Source: Barthelona sp. PCE
Taxonomy: Eukaryota
Direction of reading: 5' to 3'
Assembly: GCA_040285745.1 (NCBI GenBank)
Contig: JAUFOR010000002.1
Coordinates: 1,426,001 to 1,490,000 of the forward strand
Length of the DNA: 64,000 nt
Under the pieces are notes generated by a model that was given only the letters and a program-made list of their open reading frames with translations, had not been told where the DNA came from and made no database searches. The position numbers were made by a program, and so were the translations under genes. Below are positions 61,201 to 64,000 of the stretch, piece by piece; within the stretch, counting starts at the first letter, position 1; each line of letters starts with the position of its first letter.

Positions 61201-64000
61201 TACCTGGATTTTATTGTGTCTCATAACGATACTGGACGTTCAACAAAGGTCAAGATTCTCGTTAGAGTCTTTGATAACGTTGCGTATGGAGCTTTCGATG
61301 CTGAGATCTCTCTTTCTAGGATTGGTGATGTTCGTCGCATTTCTCCTCACAGCGCTAATGTGTTCTTCGATATGGTTCCCAGAAATCCTGGAACCAAGTT
61401 GTACACATGTACATACAAGGCTCTTGAGGTTACAGGCGCTATCACGAACAAGGATCTTTATGATTGGGGTGACATGGAACTTGATGCTGTTGCCAACGTT
61501 TCAATTGCTGAAGAGTTCTTCAATTTGAAGCTCAAGGTTGCAAAGTACGATCGATTTTATTCATTCTTTAACATAAAGAAACCTGTGGAAGAAACAATTT
61601 TCCTCTCAAAGACTTTTAAAGAAACGAAACGTTTGGCTTTCAATCGCTTTGGGTTGTTTGCATGTTCTTCATTTAAATTCGAAGCAACGTGTTCATCATA
61701 CGGTAGAGTATCAAAGGATGAATGGGAGTTCGCTACTTATTGTCCAGACGCTAGTGGTTATTTTAATGTTAGCAGACTTGATGGTTCGCGTTACCAAATG
61801 GTATTTAAACCATCTTTTGGTGAGAAGGGCCGTGAATGGGCTAATGATCTTGTTAAAGGAACTTCAGTCATTGCTAGACCCGATGTGTCTTACACATACA
61901 CATATATTAACCCTGTAACGCGTCGCAGAACTATTTTACATAGTTCAGACGATGTTAAGAGTAGTTTCACAACACCTCCTTTGCCATTTGCTAATGTTAA
62001 TGTTACTTTCGGAATTGAGGTTACTGATAAGGCATATGACATCAAGTCAGTGCGTACTCTGGACGTCGAGATGAGTGCACCAGAACCCGCACCTCTTTCT
62101 ATTGATAATTCTAATGAGATTTCTGCAGCTTCAACACTAGTCCGTGATATGAACAAGGCTTTAACCGATCCTGCCAAACAAGCATCTCAAAATGCGCACC
62201 TGAAGGATCTTACAAAGGGTCTAAAAAGTGTCTTTTCTAGACCATCAACAAATTCATTCATGGGAAGAATCAAAAAGAAGCGTGTTCTTGCTCATGTCAA
62301 AGCATCTTTGTTGGATGTTGCTGGTTTGGTTCGCAACTCTGGTTCTTCTGGTAACGACACAATTGACTTCACTGATGAAGAGATTGACGCCATGACCACT
62401 GAAGAACTGATGCCGATCATTGATCTTGCATCGTTGTACTCCATGTATGATGAGCTCGGTGTGATTTCACCCATCGACATAGTCAGCAACTTGTTGGTTA
62501 TGGTGGATTCTGACTCGTCGACCGCGCTCATGCCAACTATTCTCGATCTTTGTGATTACTTGCCTTATGCGTTCCTCGATGAGGACACTGATGCTGTCAA
62601 GGAAGCAACTGGTGAGTCACTTATGACTTTGGTCAACACCATGTTAACCACCCTGAAGGACCGCCAGTTCGAGAATGAAACCGTTCTTGAGTGGGCACAC
62701 GAAGTTGCAGTCTCTGGCTTCAATCTCATGGCACGCTACAGCGACGAGCAAGAGGGTGATATGTTTAATGAAAGCCTCATCAACGCGGCCTTTGTCAAGG
62801 ATAACATCGCAGACTTGGTCAACATGACTGAGTCTACTTTCACCTTCACGGGTGACTCCGAAACCGATGACGACCGCGAACTCACTGTGGGATATATGAC
62901 TGTGCCTTTCGCCGGCTCCCACTTTGAGTATGTCGAAGGCTTAATTGGTTTCAGCGACGTCTTCTCCCTCAAACTTCAGTATCAGAATACCGAGCTCGAG
63001 ATTTCTGATGTCGACTTAACTTCCATCTCCTTTGGACTCCCAATTGTGGGCTCATACGAGAAGAACGTCACTGCATCTGATATTACTGTCATGCGTTTCG
63101 ATGGCGAGACTTGGGTTCCTGCCCAGTGCTCCGTCACATACGCACCGTTCGCAAGTACAGTATCGTTCACGTGTACTGAGACAGGCACTTTCGCTGCGTT
63201 CGTCACCAAGGCCATGAGCTGCGGATCGACTTTCTTTGGCGAAGACTGCGACGAGTGTGTCCGTAACCACTACGGTGAGCACTGCGAGCCATGTCCTCTC
63301 GAATCCCCCAACGGTATATGTGACGCCGGAATCACTGGAACTGGTGCTCTTGTGTGTGTCTCTGACGCATACAGCGGTGAGCTTTGTGACACATGTAACT
63401 CCGGTTACTACGAACAGGGCTCTGCCTGTATCACATGTCCTCCCTGCGAGCGCGGTACGTGTCTTGATGGCACCGGTAACGGAACCTGTCAGTGCGAGCA
63501 GTACTTCACCGGTACTCTCTGTAACATGTGCGAGTTCGGCCGTACTGGTACTGATTGTGATGAGTGTATCCCCAAATACTACTCATCTGAATGTATCGCG
63601 GCTGGCGCTTGTATCCACGGCACTTTGTTCGATGGCTTCAACGGCAACGGCAGCTGTGTGTGTAACGAAGGTTACACCGGTGCTGATTGTTCAGAAACCG
63701 ACTCTGGTTACTATGGTCCCAACGCTGTCCCATGTCGCTCTTGCGAAAACGGCGGTACATGCGACGATGGTACTTCCGGATCAGGTATGTGTCTCTGTCC
63801 CGCAGGCTACAACCCCGGTACAAACTGTTCTGCATGTATGCCCGGATATGTCGGTGCTTCTTGTGAGCTTGCCCGTGACTGCGGACCCGGTGGTGTTGTT
63901 TTTGACGGAATCACCGGAAACAACACGTGCCTTTGTGCAACTGGTTTCAACTCCAGCGCAGGTGGTGTGTGTGACGTTTGTGAGAGCAACCGATTCGGTG
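55249..64000 (+). CDS. Giant secreted/surface protein (>2,900 aa, 3'-partial) with EGF, REJ-like, GAIN/GPS-like and laminin-type EGF modules
   Basis: Frame +1 opens at ATG 55249 after a TGA at 55228-55230, with signal peptide MLKKFTNLKIGIFLCLLLVSQASV. EGF-like motifs lie at ~55900, ~57985 and ~58470-58950; REJ-like FTYSWAC at ~61050; a GPS-like motif at ~63090-63205; Cys-rich repeats run to the window end. The parts translated by hand are open and the ORF track shows no closed frame +1 ORF here. Confidence 0.85.
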   Translation, partial: MLKKFTNLKIGIFLCLLLVSQASVTIIKGFADSDLIDGSDSKGRRLQCINGGSICFPWDLADIEQTKTYSSLRYGEGASSTASAYMKQHPLLHQYPLTSNSAGTGNGPTLTCKMYPTSESYTIKTYTVTIGSGSLACVNSYGVYSSYCSARYSVVVTVNPSTNLDYSISITGSSVSSTYCYLKSSFNMKFIDYETKLFTQTAGCTDGCTAVDVSADPTCANGGVLKTNRYCACTSGFGGRSCEVTLTDDVYSTAPWLGYETTFKSLFELASTTSIKVAVTVSIESGISPKLLNRFPVKVDLFKGGEFVETLATDAYVGDILTIDTSSLDADAVYTLHSSFYDGNHTWNFKHSNFYGFYLYTTEPTATKKKSLYSTLFPVINSFGTGQQGYTTSVFYSTMVALRSSYSYYYKVYYYPYCDFSVSPTLIDVDSGTVRFFEPGDQDSEFYSCFYREIGTSTGLASVTPGGKHLFENIGTVSSIAYRKDTVVFCPPNRVCSTGQYGAFIVQRQGLPAKLHHLIGGEHGVYAVLHRRDSESTTSSFITATTSHLITEKMHGPANTPPYRNDIRRDNFEYEGEKIAKVLSLEEQGDYYPMGMCTINSIGSVYSEIPSYGNTMDYKCYNPSGADYDSSYVDLKRKVVASPGELVYLSEQGTVSISSELYPLYMKVLPDLITFTTAKVFTFPLEQNVFGYMFYIKMPNKPIRATTTLAENTYGWNVAVGMIENPTMLPCQRSLFIQDYTFDPEVTYTITICYGQTTADIPTITFQDTVELYPAATATEKTFGSWTVTTTQPLSTRLYYAFADITPLTHVTPAAYITATGTVTSTSNPNFGFLHATRKDGTTFKTLDWAAFWRQADDQDQPMVGYDDKKLGLNVMSNLGSPAIGAFNASFASFTYSSGHNQGFDLEESTDFCRTGTGNSAGVDRCTCGDDFYGDNCQYMIIDGEATSDWTYTVARDTRYLPNVFKFTPQALATVRNVKALYNVSVPLYIKVKFPYVTEDRVNFGHISVSTFEPRTYYDGEFNLTTIEDYIVIKNTTGMGDVYQMVNIPLDTDDDVYVLTQFGMVGAEISVGFECAANCHGIGICGYDGSCSDCAHADRFCNADFYPSGCPPGKYIKQDDGSCEPVCDELPDNADCVAPDVFVCKGGYELNADETLCVEACTLDCVTNSKCVRHNVSYQECVPKDGYKWVDIAEQTLGVEPICANGCPKNSRCNAPDTCACMPDYSYDQSSGACEPNVDFDFTVSAPYYEVFNGKSNYYRSGDTISGTVEVSFNNKPVAYFQASILYMQLSCNGGKNNKIFTTGVFSKNGKYNYGFKLDSFGVCELNLIHKQKSVGKAKIFVGYSTDQTPKARLSRSYGTTSFSVHGYIFDNIIKSPIRTEYSSLNYVDGDFTLEIDCDSYVTSPFSLNTVVNFVELGQYNHNMEDYFTCDVKLQKDGVYYVDETVKAKLNYSMEFYDLNGKKPFVFVEGYSRRLRLLPHNNVNDMNIDVSFDGDIGSKCNVDLRTTHCVHDNIGSLKMCYNPTDWASTITDKIVRGNNASHSHWVDVVVYGCTGVVSQPNTETIGSIIVETRPDSIAEEWAAVSKHPCVLTNAFTKIEMVGRSHLKVETAFDNSDKRHSHTQYIVPWNVEKSIDPARPECVESRFGDFSNGYLFVGDQLRSRDLAINYPSNAVFKDGRYSYKAERYSKADEQEQFYLEVADFDFTEFEISESSLCGETLFQGKNWTTEPYVKVGMLCNDPFTIELRSEGGSTLQSASAMSDIDFASLTPNTYQLYVSRTDMYGTTRENTCNFKVQDQNYCARVMFSNTDVVKTNRPSLLYYFSHSHMYKFSHLDIEQISGPQNVTFEFDEYRNAIRNKGQFMLPGTYRFRHNITLTKMSDNSDCMRELKSFSFKVEYPEITVKPKKTHVTTSMSDPLTVNHIVYDKLYGTSDGFTYSWACRAYNETRMRYDNELCDTIMPGIKSRALILQPEQLALLEDNTNMYLDFIVSHNDTGRSTKVKILVRVFDNVAYGAFDAEISLSRIGDVRRISPHSANVFFDMVPRNPGTKLYTCTYKALEVTGAITNKDLYDWGDMELDAVANVSIAEEFFNLKLKVAKYDRFYSFFNIKKPVEETIFLSKTFKETKRLAFNRFGLFACSSFKFEATCSSYGRVSKDEWEFATYCPDASGYFNVSRLDGSRYQMVFKPSFGEKGREWANDLVKGTSVIARPDVSYTYTYINPVTRRRTILHSSDDVKSSFTTPPLPFANVNVTFGIEVTDKAYDIKSVRTLDVEMSAPEPAPLSIDNSNEISAASTLVRDMNKALTDPAKQASQNAHLKDLTKGLKSVFSRPSTNSFMGRIKKKRVLAHVKASLLDVAGLVRNSGSSGNDTIDFTDEEIDAMTTEELMPIIDLASLYSMYDELGVISPIDIVSNLLVMVDSDSSTALMPTILDLCDYLPYAFLDEDTDAVKEATGESLMTLVNTMLTTLKDRQFENETVLEWAHEVAVSGFNLMARYSDEQEGDMFNESLINAAFVKDNIADLVNMTESTFTFTGDSETDDDRELTVGYMTVPFAGSHFEYVEGLIGFSDVFSLKLQYQNTELEISDVDLTSISFGLPIVGSYEKNVTASDITVMRFDGETWVPAQCSVTYAPFASTVSFTCTETGTFAAFVTKAMSCGSTFFGEDCDECVRNHYGEHCEPCPLESPNGICDAGITGTGALVCVSDAYSGELCDTCNSGYYEQGSACITCPPCERGTCLDGTGNGTCQCEQYFTGTLCNMCEFGRTGTDCDECIPKYYSSECIAAGACIHGTLFDGFNGNGSCVCNEGYTGADCSETDSGYYGPNAVPCRSCENGGTCDDGTSGSGMCLCPAGYNPGTNCSACMPGYVGASCELARDCGPGGVVFDGITGNNTCLCATGFNSSAGGVCDVCESNRFG

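Noticed and set aside
56912-63989. Many short ORFs listed in the last 7 kb
   Set aside because: All are out-of-frame or antisense to the single long frame +1 gene starting at 55249.
1-64000. Alternative genetic code (TAA/TAG=Gln as in hexamitid diplomonads, or TGA=Trp)
   Set aside because: Conserved proteins end at the expected position with TAA (LC8, NLE1, RidA) and TGA (AdeC, TECR), TAG ends other ORFs, and long genes have no internal stops.

Overview
A gene-dense, almost intron-free eukaryotic (protist) chromosome segment read in the standard genetic code, with about 42 protein genes packed at intergenic distances often under 100 bp. Recognisable genes cover housekeeping (DNA pol delta, NOC3, Notchless, U2A', Cwc2, NUFIP1/Rsa1, Neo1/ATP9-type flippase, TECR, Rad21/Rec8, MCRS1, MZT1) and flagellar or cytoskeletal functions (FAM221, EFHC/Rib72, MORN, NEK1-like, DCX, dynein light chain LC8). 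There are two transcription factors (a two-domain WRKY and a homeodomain protein), three prokaryote-like genes (AdeC adenine deaminase, a KirBac-like K+ channel, a DUF4097-like repeat protein) and several surface proteins. The ORF track misses three things: the 4-exon LC8 gene with a 6-nt micro-exon, the spliced 5' end of EFHC, and a >2,900-codon REJ/GPS/EGF gene running off the right end. The four well-supported introns share GTATGY donors and a branch-point A fixed 8 nt from the 3' end, as in Giardia and Trichomonas. With the WRKY gene this suggests a metamonad (fornicate-related) flagellate, which is inference only. The most striking observation is that the three LC8 introns (87, 288 and 91 nt) each carry internal base-paired stems leaving a near-constant 31-34 unpaired nt between the splice sites. 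No tRNA, rRNA, CRISPR array or mobile element was recognised. All calls are by-eye motif recognition; no database search or folding program was run.
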